Origin: Macrostomum lignano
Lineage: Eukaryota
NCBI GenBank assembly: GCA_002269645.1
Contig: NIVC01001291.1
Coordinates: forward strand, 62,001-126,000
Reading direction: 5' to 3'
Length of the DNA stretch: 64,000 nt
How positions within the stretch are numbered: the first letter of the stretch is position 1; each line of letters starts with the position of its first letter. The translations under genes were made by a program, and so were the position numbers. Of the stretch, positions 1-13,244 are shown in pieces. Under the pieces are notes generated by a model. It saw only the letters and a list, made by a program, of their open reading frames with translations. It was not told the origin of the DNA and searched no databases.

Positions 1-29
1 GATAGTGAGCAATACGCACGTAACAATGC

Positions 30-66
30 CTGTCTGTCCGTCTGTCTGTCAGTTGTTGTCTGTCTT

Positions 67-120
<54 letters not shown>

Positions 121-136
121 AGTTGTTGTCTGTCTT

Positions 137-189
<53 letters not shown>

Positions 190-238
190 CCGTCTGTCTG
201 TCAGTTGTTGTCTGTCTTTTTGTCTGTCTGTCTGTCTT

Positions 239-304
<66 letters not shown>

Positions 305-320
305 AGTTGTTGTCTGTCTT

Positions 321-377
<57 letters not shown>

Positions 378-406
378 CCGTCTGTCTGTCAGTTGTTGTC
401 TGTCTT

Positions 407-459
<53 letters not shown>

Positions 460-488
460 CCGTCTGTCTGTCAGTTGTTGTCTGTCTT

Positions 489-541
<53 letters not shown>

Positions 542-570
542 CCGTCTGTCTGTCAGTTGTTGTCTGTCTT

Positions 571-620
<50 letters not shown>

Positions 621-633
621 AGTTGTCTGTCTT

Positions 634-702
<69 letters not shown>

Positions 703-723
703 CTGTCAGTTGTTGTCTGTCTT

Positions 724-780
<57 letters not shown>

Positions 781-801
781 CTGTCAGTTGTTGTCTGTCT
801 T

Positions 802-862
<61 letters not shown>

Positions 863-891
863 CCGTCTGTCTGTCAGTTGTTGTCTGTCTT

Positions 892-985
<94 letters not shown>

Positions 986-1009
986 CGTCTGTCAGTTGTT
1001 GTCTGTCTT

Positions 1010-1082
<73 letters not shown>

Positions 1083-1111
1083 CCGTCTGTCTGTCAGTTG
1101 TTGTCTGTCTT

Positions 1112-1178
<67 letters not shown>

Positions 1179-1181
1179 TAG

Positions 1182-1272
<91 letters not shown>
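30..1272. repeat. (TCTG)n/(GACA)n microsatellite with recurring TCAGTTGTTGTCTGTCTTTT and CCGT variant blocks
   Basis: Directly visible; the ORFs 5..1303, 123..1181, 205..1311 and 471..1292 are its translations (CLSV/QTDR repeats). Confidence 0.97.
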
Positions 1273-3025
1273 ACAAGCTCGTATCCATCCATCTACGAGC
1301 TAGCTATCTAAAGACAGCGTGCATGCCCAACGAAAAGAAAGTCAGAGCTGCTGTACACCCTCAGAAGCCACGTGGCTCAGAAGTACGAACGGAATGGGCC
1401 TAACAGATTGCTGGTTGCAAACTAACAAACTTAATGGAAGTACACTTGTGATCCATTATTATATAAAACATGTCGCTTGGCTTTGGAACATTTGGTCTTT
1501 CATGTCGGCTTTGCAGAAGTCGCTCATTTTACGAGTATCTGGCTATGTCTGACGCTGCCCTTTCAAACAGAATTTTGCCAGCCTCTGACTGAAGAAATTC
1601 CAAGGATCTGTTAAAGATTAAAATTGATGTGTCAAATTGTGTAGCAACCGTTTGTAATTTGTATCCCTTGAATCACTACTACAGATCCGAAGATCTTTTT
1701 GTTGCCTTTGAATGTGATGCCAGCAATGCCATTTATGCAGCAATGTACCAGAGACTTAAACAGTTAATTTATGGTTTGGGAAAACAGTTCTTTTGTAGTG
1801 CAGGCGCATTGCTTGTTTTGTTTGTTTGTCGGGGCCGGCTGCTCCAGACCAGTACCGACTGGTTGGGGGGTTGGGGGCCGTGTCCTCTAGCGGGGGGGGC
1901 TTTAGGCCCCACCCCTTTGTGTGCTTTGATTGGCTCTGCCCTTCCCTGGCTGGTCAGCTCTGCCCTGCGGGCCACGCTGATTGGTTGTGTTTTTTTGTCT
2001 TTTATGCTCTCTTTTTTTGGGTATATGTTGGCCGACTCTGCGGGGTTTGAGTCAACTCTGGTTTTTGCCCGATTTTAGCTTGAAAAGTCAAGTTGAGTTA
2101 TATAGAAATTAAGAGAACTAGTGCAACTCTCTCCGAAGAGAACATACGAGTAAGAGATTTTTCCCGAGATAAAAGATATACGATATATGAGATTCAAGTG
2201 ACTTGACCGGTAAGCGCTGCCTTTTCTGTGTTCCTCCTTTGGAATTGCCAGGACTGTGCTTCCGTACCGTATCAGTAAAGGCTAGCGCGCCCTCACGCCT
2301 GTTCTGTAGATTCGCTATCATTAGGTACTATACTATTATAATATTGCTACCTGTACTTACATAGAAGTGTTTTGTGAGTGCCCCAGCACCACATTTCACC
2401 AGGCCCAGATTGCGCGTCCAGCCCTTTTTGTCCAAGTCTGTGCTAAATTCTCAGCCTCAACTATCATTACAAGCCGCAGATCCTACTATTGCTGCAGCGA
2501 AAGTCAAGATTTTCTCCTGTTGATTGATGTCAGTAGTACAGCCATATTTTTTTCCATGAACAGGGAAAATTTTCTAAACAGACTCTGTCAATCATTGACA
2601 AGATCCAATTCAAATACAGACAGTAGGGATACAGACAATGCCAGTGTCAATTATCTGAGCGAGCTAGCAGTTGCACTGAAAAGTTGATTGGCAAATAATC
2701 CAACATTTTATTGCAATTTTTTAGACAGGATTCGGTCACGGATCGCTATTCATTGATAAGACGGGGGAAAATTTTTAATAAAAAGCAGAATGACGACAGG
2801 CCACGTCTATTGTGTTTGCGATGAAAGAAGCGCTAGCTAATGGAAAAATTCATTGTTAGATAATTACCAAGTTGGACGACAATAGGACAATAGCTAGTGG
2901 AAGGCTTTGCATCGGTCAAGTATTGACTCAGTTTTACAGGAAAAATCGAGTAAAATTCATCAGTCAATAAAAGCCGAGACAGAGTCACACGGCCTCCGAT
3001 AAATTGTTGCACCCTTCTGACTAAA

Positions 3026-3823
3026 ATGTCGCTCTTCATCATCAGAACGATTCTGCTGCACCTGCTAAGCACTGCGGTGAATCTTTCGGAGTCCTGCAGC
3101 GAGCAGCACAGGAGGGCATTCCATCAAACTGTTGGACTGGACTGCGTGAACGCCAGCTTCACCCAGACTGTGCCGGGTCTGTGCACTCCGCTAGAGTGCA
3201 GCATCGCCTGCGCTAGGAAGAACAAGTGTCAGGCCTTCCGACTGCTGACTGATAGCGCCTGTCAGTGCAAGCTGTTCCTGTTCGATGCGTGCAGTCACCG
3301 GGTGCAGTCTGTGCCGAGCTGCACTCGTCAGGTGACTGTGTATGTGAGGTCTCTGCCCGGCCTACCCCCGGGTCGCCTGTGTCACCTTGGATACGAGCAC
3401 ACTCTGCACGGCACCGCCTACAAGCTGGTGAGCAAATCGCCAGCCACCTGGGCGAATGCTCATCTGCAGTGCAATTTAGATCCGGGCTTAACCAAGTTGG
3501 CTGACGCAATCGATACTGACGAAGCGGCCTATCTAATGCGGCTGAAAAATCTAAGCCTGACAACTCCTGAGATGGGGGCATTGGACTACTACCTGGGAGG
3601 CAGTCAGGCTTCGGCCAACACCATAAAACTTGACGGCTGGCGTTGGGCAGACTGCAACCTGTCAATCAGCCAGCACGTGTGGGACAAAGGCAAAGGACAG
3701 CCGGACAATGGATTCCCAGACCAGGCCTGCACGGCTCTGTTTAGCGGGTTTACAAATGGAATTGACGACTTTGCTTGCGATTCGACCATAGCTTTCATCT
3801 GCGAGTGCCAGCAGGTGTTCTGA
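3026..3823 (+). CDS. Secreted protein with N-terminal PAN/Apple-like domain and C-terminal C-type lectin domain (265 aa, intronless CDS)
   Basis: Hydrophobic signal peptide; PAN-like LECSIACARKNKCQAF; CTLD pattern TW..A...C, YYLGG, GWRWAD, W..G.GQPDN, ACTAL, DDFACDSTIAFICE; AATAAA near 4092. Confidence 0.85.
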   Translation: MSLFIIRTILLHLLSTAVNLSESCSEQHRRAFHQTVGLDCVNASFTQTVPGLCTPLECSIACARKNKCQAFRLLTDSACQCKLFLFDACSHRVQSVPSCTRQVTVYVRSLPGLPPGRLCHLGYEHTLHGTAYKLVSKSPATWANAHLQCNLDPGLTKLADAIDTDEAAYLMRLKNLSLTTPEMGALDYYLGGSQASANTIKLDGWRWADCNLSISQHVWDKGKGQPDNGFPDQACTALFSGFTNGIDDFACDSTIAFICECQQVF

Positions 3824-4080
3824 TCGCACACTGGTCGAGTTGCGAGACAGGAGAATCAGTCAGAAACTTTAACCATTGCAGTTGGGACCTGTTTTATCGA
3901 CTAAAATCTACTCTCTTTAACAAGCTGAGTGGACAAGTCGTATTTATTGGTTTTTATGCTCACAAAAATCCTGTCCCCTAGAAAAATCTATAGTTGTATA
4001 ATCCATACAATTGGAATGCTTACCTGCGAAATATTTAGACTAGCTATCAGGCCATCAATAACTTGAAGCTCGCGCTCCAA

Positions 4081-6960
4081 ATTTAAGTGCAATAAACCCA
4101 TGCCTCAACTGAAATACAAAAGATATGAATAGAATCACTTTTTGCAATACTCCCTACAAAAACTTTTGTAGCTAAATATTGTCTTTTTAAAATAAAGTAT
4201 AAATGTGAACTTTTGGCATTACATTTAACTAAATAGAGCAATAGTTTAGTAAGTTTTAAATCTATTTACTTTATTAGTAAAAGCAAACAATTTTTTTGTA
4301 TTTGAGACCTTTATTTGACCTAATAGTATTTGATCTCTTAGGGGCTATAAAAGTGAGGCATATATTTATACAACTGCTGACTGATCTAGTAAGTTAAAAT
4401 TTGGCAACTCACAATACAAATTGACAATTTATCATTATAGTTGATAAAAAATAAGGGTCTTAAATCAAAATTTACTTTTTTTCAATAATTTGTTTACATC
4501 TTTTACTTTTTAGATAAGCCTAGCTTACCAATAGAAGTTTCTTTAATATAATTTGAGTAATATAATTCCAATCCATCCTATTGTTCCTCACTCTTAATTT
4601 TTTTCATAACATAATTACTCTTTTACAATATTTGATACAAGCTACTATAATATGGCTGCCATGTCTCTAGTCTCAAAACAATTTTATCTTAGCCACATAA
4701 CAAATTGTATTTGGTTAAATCACTCATGAAAATATCATATGCCTACATGTATATGCCTATCTATACACATGCAAATTCTATAGTTTAGACTTGCTATGCA
4801 ACTTTAGTTCATTTTAAAAGTCAATTTTAGGTTTTTCTCTTTTTCTATTATCTTTTTTTGAATTTTTTTTCTTTCTCTTTTATCTTTCTTGCATTGGTTC
4901 TCTGTCATCTTTATTGCCTTTAAACTTTTGGAATAATCAAATTTAAAATTTACCTTAGCTAGTAGCCTTTAATTTAGCTAGAATAGCCATTAGCCAGGCT
5001 GATGAGGTATTGCATATACATAGCTTTTTGTTGCATTGTTTATTATTGTCTGCCAAAAGATATATAAGTAAGCTTATTTGCCAAACTTAAATGTTAACAA
5101 CTTTTCTAGTAAGGTATATTATAAGCCACTATAGACCTAACCAAGCATTTTGTCTATTATAAATATTTATCGAGATAATCTTGTCTGTGAATTTATTAAA
5201 TTATCTTTTGGCGAAAACGTGATCAAAATTGGTGAAGAATTGCAAGCTCTAGAGCATTATGGACAAGCATATAAATATTAGAGATTTAATATATTTGGAT
5301 TGTTTTATGGATACTTAGAGCAAATTTCTATAGATTAGCTTTTAAGATAAGATTACAATCATATAAGTATAATATTGATAATTATTAATCAACATAAAAA
5401 TAGCAATGCTTGTAAAGCAAAATATATAAATAAGTTAATGTCCTAAGATTTATCTCAGGTAAAAGTAGACCTAGTGAAATTATTTTATAGCAATGCAAAA
5501 CACTATTGTATGAGTATTCTTATTTTTAAATATATATTCCTGGATAAAAGCAAACTTTTTTAAATGATTTTTTTCTATTTACAAGTAACACTAACTCTTT
5601 TTGCTTGATTCTATCTAATGTACATAAGGTGTATATGCATACTTTTTTCTTGGGAGTCCTACACATCAACTATGTATGCCAACTTTTGGTATGCAAGGCC
5701 AATGAATACCCAAATTTTTTGGCATATACTACATGATCTGGAGTGTGGCCCTTTGGTAGAAATTCTGCCCTTTAAGCAATTTACTAGATTCTAAAGTAAA
5801 TATCTTAATTCTAAATAGTTTATTCTCTTTAGGGTTAGGCCTTTTCTTATATAAGTATCAATTATTCAAAAGGTAACATGAGAATAAGCATTACCCTTGA
5901 AGCTAATTATTAATTTTGTTTCAAATTCTTCTAAATAGAATACCTAGGCTCTAGAGAGATAGGAACTCAAATGCTCAAAAGAATAGATAAATAAGAACAA
6001 GTTTATTTGGTTTGGCTTTCAGCTATCATCTATTTTTAATAATTTTTTCTTGCTATTTAAAACAAAATGATAATATATAGACCAATATCTAGATTATATA
6101 CTAGTGCATGTGAGAATGAAATTTGTTTCTTTAGCTCTTATAATAGGCTTTATACCAAAACAAAAATGAAAATTGGCTAACTATATTTAGAGCTTAGGCT
6201 TTTTAATCTATGCAAAAATAAGTAAATGAAAACTGGGTAATATTTTATTAAAATTTTAAGGAACTAGTTTATTTTATTATTTCTGTTTTAGGCCTACTTT
6301 TAGTCTTTTTTCTTAGAAAAGTTAAATACAACAAATTTTAATTTATTTTTATTTACTTTTTAGAATACACCTATATTCTGCTTTTTTTGATCAAAATTTA
6401 GCTTCTCAACTAGGCCTATGCACATAGGGACTACACTAAAACTTAAACTTGTCATTTTTTGTATAGTACCTAAATAGGTCCTAAATAGGGCCTAGTCACT
6501 TTAATAGCAATCCCTATGGCTATGCATATAGAATTCTAATTATTTTGTCTTAGGTATAGCCAAGATAGATGATAAATCTATATTTAATCTAGAGACAAAG
6601 ATAGGCCTAAGATAATATTAGGGTTTCAAAAACTAATTTTGCATGTGACCCCTCAATGGGCCTCATAGCCTTCATATGTAGGCCTAAGCATAATATACGT
6701 TCACAACTTTCTTAAAGTGCTCAATTACCTTAAAAACTCATAAGACCAAACCTAGACTAAAACCTAGCTTCTTTTATTTTTTCCTTTGTATTTAAAAACC
6801 TATTAAACTTAGTTTTTGGCCCTACGCCCCTATTAAACTGTTAAACATGATGCAACTGCCTTGCAAAAAACCTACTTTTTATTCAAATTTGACTTTTGCA
6901 TGCAGAGGCCCTACTTTAAAATCAAGGGACTCTTAGAGAAGTCCCTACCTTTAGCTTTAG
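4081..6960. other. AT-rich, almost CpG-free block; probable heavily mutated transposon relic
   Basis: About 5 CpG in 2.9 kb while GpC is common; no intact ORF. TE origin is inferred, not shown. Confidence 0.45.
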
Positions 6961-8803
6961 TATTACAATTCTGAATTTCACAAAAGTCGGGGACGAACGT
7001 TCTGCAGGCAGTACGATTCGAAGAAAAGCTACTTTAAAAAAGCAACTCACGACTAAAGTCGACGCACGCACAAATTATAAGATTTTAATGGCATCCTCGT
7101 GAATTCCTTCACAATCGGCAGCTTAAACGCACATGTATATTGCGCTCCTGTAGATCCCGACTACGCTACGAGCACGCTCAAATATGGGTCAAAATTTTCG
7201 TGTAACAAATTTAATGTCAATTTTTTTCGATTGGTACATTTTTGCACGTGGTACAGCTCCCTTAAAAATATATTGCTTGAGCTATCGCTGGCTACCGTAG
7301 CGTGCTTTAACCGACAAGTAAATCTCAATATTTTCTATATATCTTGCTTGTCGAAGAGCATCGGCCGTAAAATATAAAAATAAAGCAAAAAACAGAATTC
7401 CATTAATTTTTTGATTTATTGATTTCCTAAAATATACGTTATGTACAGTGAAATTACATCATATGATTGATATATATTTATTTATAGAAACTGAAGGAAC
7501 TGCAAAAATACTTTGCAAAAAGCCCCTTGTTCTAAAGGCATACATGTACATATATGCCGGACATCGAGCATATGTTTAAAAACAATCTTGCTCAAGAGTT
7601 ACAGTAATTACATTAGAACTTTCCTAGAGTCAGTCACGGGATGAAAAAGTAAGAAACGAATAGAAATTGCTGATTTATGTAAGTAAGCAGGTTCAAGGCG
7701 ATAAAGGGGAATCCCGACAATAGGGCATGAACAATACAGACCAAGCATTATATCAGAATCAATAAAGGGAAACCAGTTGCAAATAATATTTATATAAAAT
7801 TTGGCTCTACAAAAAGCTGCCCTGGGCGCGCAATAGAAGAGCACTTGCTGCAGAGAGCAATTGCAGCAAATTTCATGCGATTTTATAAGCACAATCTATG
7901 TTAGAGAACAACAAGCAAACAGAAGCAGATCAGATCAAGAAAGTGCTGAAAAACATAATCCAAAAGAGAGATAAATATTCAGATAGTTAAGGATAATTCA
8001 CACCAACAATAAAAGTACATAGAAGAACTTTATAATGAAATTTGCGTTTTATTATTGTACAAATTATATTGCTTTTACTGTAATAAATTAATTTACGTAT
8101 GTGGAGGTCAATGGAAATGAGTTTGTTGTAAAAAAAAAGCTACTTTATCGCACGTACATACGGCTACAATCAGGGATAACGTATAGAACAATTAGCAATG
8201 ACACTAACCAAACAATCTAAATGGACAATTAAAAAAGAAGCGAGACAGAAGTTGATTTAAAAGAGATCTAAACCGGTCGATCCAGACACGACTGATATAA
8301 TTTACACTGTTGTACACAAGCACTTTGAAGAGACCATAGGAGAACTAGAGTTTGACCATAACGATTTAAGAGGGGGGGATAAGAGGTCAATGCATTTCAA
8401 AATGCATATTAAGAGGCTAATTAAAATGACACAATCAAATCTAACAAGTAAAACTGTGCTGTAGCTTTAGGGACAAACGCATTTGCTAAATGGAAAAACA
8501 AAGCTGCCAAGTTGGCGGGGGCATTATCTCTCGCATCACTGCCAAGCTGATTTTGGACATTGCAAATATGCATATATAGCTACTAACAACAGAAAGCAAT
8601 GCATGCAAGTCAAAATATTAATTTAGCGATTGCTTCAAATCCGCTCCCATTTTTACAGAACTTGGCCAGTTAATATTAACAAAACAATGTAGAAAGAAGG
8701 CCGTGTTGCCACTGCGTTGCAACTACTGAGCTGACAGTAGTAACGATAGCGCCTCGCAATCCAAATAATTTCACTGGGCTCACAATTAATTGAAGAGCCC
8801 CAG

Positions 8804-11581
8804 CTAGCTGGCGTCGCTGACTTCGCCTCGACTTATCGACGTGGTCCGCCGACGCCGCCTACTTGAACGATTTCGAGCACTGTCCACCTCGACGTTGGCG
8901 AAAGTCGGCGAGGCGACAGACGAGGCCCGCTCGTCGTCAGCTATGGACGCTGCTGCCGCTGCGGACGAAGAGGACGACGAGGCGGATCCAGAAGCGGCGG
9001 CCATGGCCGAACGCATCGCGACAAAAGCTGCGGGCGCGTGTGCGGACAGCAAGTCCAACAGCATCGCCCGTGTCCGAGCCAGCAGCTCGGCCAGCACCCG
9101 GCTAGGCTGGGCGGACGCCTGCAGCAGAGGCGCCGGGCCGGCAGCCGCCGAGTTTTTGTCCGGCGATGACAGCGCCATGGCGGCGGCGCAGCCGGCTGGC
9201 GAGCTGCCCGACGGTGCCAGCCGGCGGGAGACGGCAACCAGGCGAGCGGCCAGGCGCTCCTCGCTGGCTCGCAGATCGTCAAGTCCGTCGGCGAGGCTGC
9301 AGACCCGCCGGCAGTCGGTCAGGCCCCGGGCCGAGCGGCCCAGCTCGATCGGGCTCGGCCGCTTCGACGGAGGAATTCGGCGGACGTCGGCCGGCCGAAG
9401 GAAATGGCCGAGACGGGCGCGGCCACGGTCGGCCGGAGCCGGACAGAGCTGCTCGGGAGGCAGGAGGCAGGCTCGGGGCCGGCTGAACACCTGTACGGAG
9501 AGGGTTGGGTGATTAACAGAGTAGGGAAATGCAGCTTTGATGAGGCCATTCTACAGCAGTTTGTTCAATTTAAATTCGCGCCAAATAACACATTTTGTTG
9601 ATTGCCACTCAAGACTCGTCCCAGTTTTTTTAGAATAAATTAGCAAAGAAATTCGGTCAGTTGTTTAATGCAGCAGTTTCCATCCCATACTGCTGCAACA
9701 AACTACTAATAATTATATAGCTTTTCCGACAATCTTCAAAATGAAAATCAGCTCTAAGCACAGGGTTGGCAAACTCCGGCCGTTTCTCATCTTCCCTCTC
9801 GTTTCTCATCTCCCCTCTCGTTTCTCATCTCCCCTCTCCTTTCTTATCTCCCCTCTCCTTTCTTATCTCCCCTCTCCTTTCTTATCTCCCCTCTCGTTTC
9901 TCATCTCCCCTCTCGTTTCTCATCTCCCCTCTCCTTTCTCATCTCCCCTGTCCTTTCTCATCTCCCCTCTCCTTTCTCATCTCCCCTCTCCTTTCTCATC
10001 TCCCCTCTCCTTTCTCATCTCCCCTCTCCTTTCTCATCTCCCCTTTCCTTTCTCATCTCCCCTCTCCTTTCTCATCTCCCCTCTCCTTTCTCATCTCCCC
10101 TCTCCTTTCTCATCTCCCCTCTCCTTTCTCATCTCCCCTCTCCTTTCTCATCTCCCCTCTCCTTTCTCACCCCCCTTCTCTCTCAGGTCAAGCAGTGCAA
10201 TCAAACAGCAAAATGGCAACAAACCTGCGGCCTGCAAGGCTCCTCCTGGAGTACCCGCAGCATCCGCCTGTACTGCTCATCCTCCGGACTGCAGGCTGGC
10301 GAGTCCGGCCCGACATTCTCGTGCGACCCCAGCGCAATATCCGCGTCCGCCAGCACCAGCTCCTCCTTTACTAGGCGAATCGGGCCGGCCGTTTGTCCGG
10401 TCGGGACCGGTCGGGTCAGCCGGACGCTGGCCGGAGCCGAGCCAGCTGGCAGCGTCTGGTTCGGCAGCGCCGGCGAGGCGAACGCGGCAGCGGCGGCCGC
10501 GCCAGCTGGAAGCGCCCGACCGCCGCCTGGATCGGCTGGCGGTGGCTGCGAATGATTCTGACGGTACAGCATGGTGGCAGCGCCGGCCGGGGACATTGCG
10601 CTGGATGGTGATGCCGCAGACGCCGGAGTCAATGCAGGCTGAGCCTGCGGCGCCAGCGCTTCGATGCTGCCAGCGGAGGCAGCGGCGGCGGCAGCAGCAG
10701 CGGCGGCCAGCAGCTGGGAAGCGGAGTCCGGCTGCAGCTGCTGTTTCCGGGCCCGCTTTCTCGGACTGGCGTCCGCAGCACCCGCCGGGTCGCCGGCTCG
10801 ATTAGCGCCGGAATTGGCGTTGTTGGCGCCGGCCACGCCCGCCGCCGCAGTGGCAAGTTCAGTGCCGCGTTTGCGCAGAATTGACGGCGCCTGGCGCAGG
10901 CCGAGGCCGGCCTTGCCAGCTGATTGGCTCTGTGCCAGAGGGTCCTGGGCGGCCGCCGCTGCCGCCGCTAATGATTATAAAGTATAGCGCATGGTTAGTT
11001 TAATATTACTAATAGTAGGCTCTGCAAAAGCATATCCACATTCTAATAGAGATATTATCCAAATTCAATTCATAGCCAGATGGTACTAATACTGATACTA
11101 ATATGTAGTACTAACTAGATGACGAGGTATTTAGCCCTTATAGAACAGTCATTGTTACTCCTGCCGTTTACCCAAAATTGCTTTAATTTTGCTCTAGGGT
11201 TTCTTTTACAGGTAAGTCGTATTTTTGGTCAAAAAGTAAGTCGCATGGCCAGTGTAAATCAGGGGGTTGCGCATGTATGAGGACAAACCTGGCGCATTGT
11301 TGGATGAGCGAATTCTAAACTGCAGAATGTCGTCTGTATGCGGCTTGGCCACGGCAGCGATGTGCATGAACTCGCCGGCCGGCCGGCCCACCCCAGCTTG
11401 GCTGTCCGCTCCGGCCGCACCGCCGCCTCCACCGCCGGCAGCGGTTCTGCCGCCGCCAGCCACAGAGATAATGCTAGACGATGCCTGAGTAGTGAGCGAC
11501 AGCAGCTTAGGCAGACCAGTAGCTGGAGGGCCAGCTGGCACAATGCCAGGTGGGTCTGGCTTAGCCGGGGCGCCGCTAGGG
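8804..11581 (-). CDS. SAP130: Sin3/HDAC complex subunit SAP130-like, last three exons (11581-11289, 10967-10225, 9490-8804); 5' end unresolved
   Basis: Phase-compatible junctions CCAG|GTTTGT..CATTAG|CG and CAG|GTTTGT..TACAG|GTG. The protein has SPRKRARKQQ (human SPRKKPRKQQ), RPRACLL, HFLRPADVR..K.P...EL and a terminal helix LAELLARTRAMLLDLL, matching the SAP130 C-terminal domain from memory. First in-exon ATG is at 11367. Confidence 0.72.
9781..10170. repeat. 19-bp pyrimidine-rich minisatellite (CCTTTCTCATCTCCCCTCT)n in SAP130 intron
   Basis: About 20 copies visible. Confidence 0.95.
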
Positions 11582-11702
11582 CTGGCATAGAAACGATTAT
11601 TAACGGTCTTTTGAAAGATCATGATGGCCTAAATGGCTGTTCGAATGCTTGCACTGTTGCTAAGGCTGCAATTGGAACAATGGCATGTTTTCAATTTAGG
11701 CG

Positions 11703-13244
11703 ATGCAATTTTGCTACTTATAGTAGAAAATCAGAAAAAATACACCTAAATTTAGATTCTGGCTTTTGTTACCAGAACTTGATTGGAAACAGAAATGAAA
11801 AAAAGATTGACTTATTAATAATTTTAAATGCAATTACTCAGCCAACATATAAAGCATAAAATATGCTCATTTTATGTCCAACATAAAATAATTATGCAAC
11901 TTTCTGCTTTGGATTTGTCTAATGATTACTTTAATACTATTGATTTTATTATAATTACCATTACCAATCTATCAGAAAATTTTGCAACAAACAATATATA
12001 AGCAAAATATTTTAAAGAACCCAAAGCAACTTCAAAGCAGTTTACTTTTGGATAAAAGGTTATTAAATTTTGATAGCAAATATTTAGAAAACAAAAGCTA
12101 ATTAAATATTATTAATTATTACTTATCATTAAAGACTTAATGATATTGACAAACTGACAAAATGTTCTACAATATGATTTTTTAATACTTTTAGATACAA
12201 TTTTGTCAAACTATTAATATTAGACATATAATCTATATAAAAAATTCTAAGCAGTATTACATTATAATTACAAGGCAAATTTTAGATTAAAATTTTAATA
12301 ATCCACTTAAACTATGTAATAGAAGGACATGGTATGGTTTAAAAAATAAGACTTTTTAAGAATTTATATTTTTGTGCAAAATCATGTACATCATTTATAT
12401 AGACCCCTATATTACAATTCTAATAACTAATTTGTCTACAAAAACAAATATGTTGAACTTTTTATTTTAAACACTTGTAACACTTATTAAAATATCAAGT
12501 CAAGTTAGCAAATGCTAATGTGAATACCTTAAGCTATGAGGTAAAAATAAGATCATAATCCTAAAAAATATTTTTATTAGACCTTTATTATACTTATTAG
12601 ATCTATGCAAAAAAGGTATTTAGACCAAGCAAATATTATAGAATTATAAGCCAATTATTTAAAGCCAAGCTTAGCAATAAACAAGCCATAGACAAATTTA
12701 TTTTTTAAGTTCTAACTAAGGAAAAAGAAAAAATTTGCATTTATAGTAGCCTTTTGTCTTTTTTGACATTTTGAATACAAGAATAAAATTTGTCTTAATA
12801 GATTTTTTATTTCCTATTGACATGAATAATCTTTTATCCTAGGTCCTATCTTGGTTGATTTAAATAAGTAAATAGGCAAATTTTATGATCTTTCTAATGA
12901 AATTAGTAGGCCTATTTAAAAGGAAAAAAGCTGCCAATATAGAGGCCTAGGTTCTATCTAGCAATTAAAGACTTTAAGGTTTTTAGGCCTATTATTATAG
13001 CATAAGACTTAGAGCTAATACTTAAATACCTTATTTAAGTTTTCACTTTGCAAGGCTCTTTATTATTAGGGCCTAGGCCTATTATATTAGTAGCCAGAAT
13101 AACTAAACTTGGCATTAACCTTAATGGATTTAGGGGGAGGCATACAGGATGCACAGTACCCATGAAGTTTAATTTCTATTTATTTTTCCTATGGGTAATA
13201 GGCTCATGCATTATCATGTAGATGTATGATATAAAATACATGTA
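11703..13244. other. Second AT-rich CpG-free block, probable TE relic
   Basis: No CpG found by eye in about 1.5 kb; frequent CTAG/AGGCCT. Confidence 0.45.

Noticed and set aside
5-1311. Long ORFs in three plus frames and one minus frame
   Set aside because: Translations of (TCTG)n, which has no stop codon in these frames.
8773-8803. Hairpin immediately after the SAP130 stop (possible readthrough signal)
   Set aside because: Readthrough would add only five residues before TAA; no other support.
8841-11859. Plus-strand GC-rich ORFs overlapping SAP130
   Set aside because: Antisense shadows of GC-rich exons; the minus frame carries the recognisable motifs.
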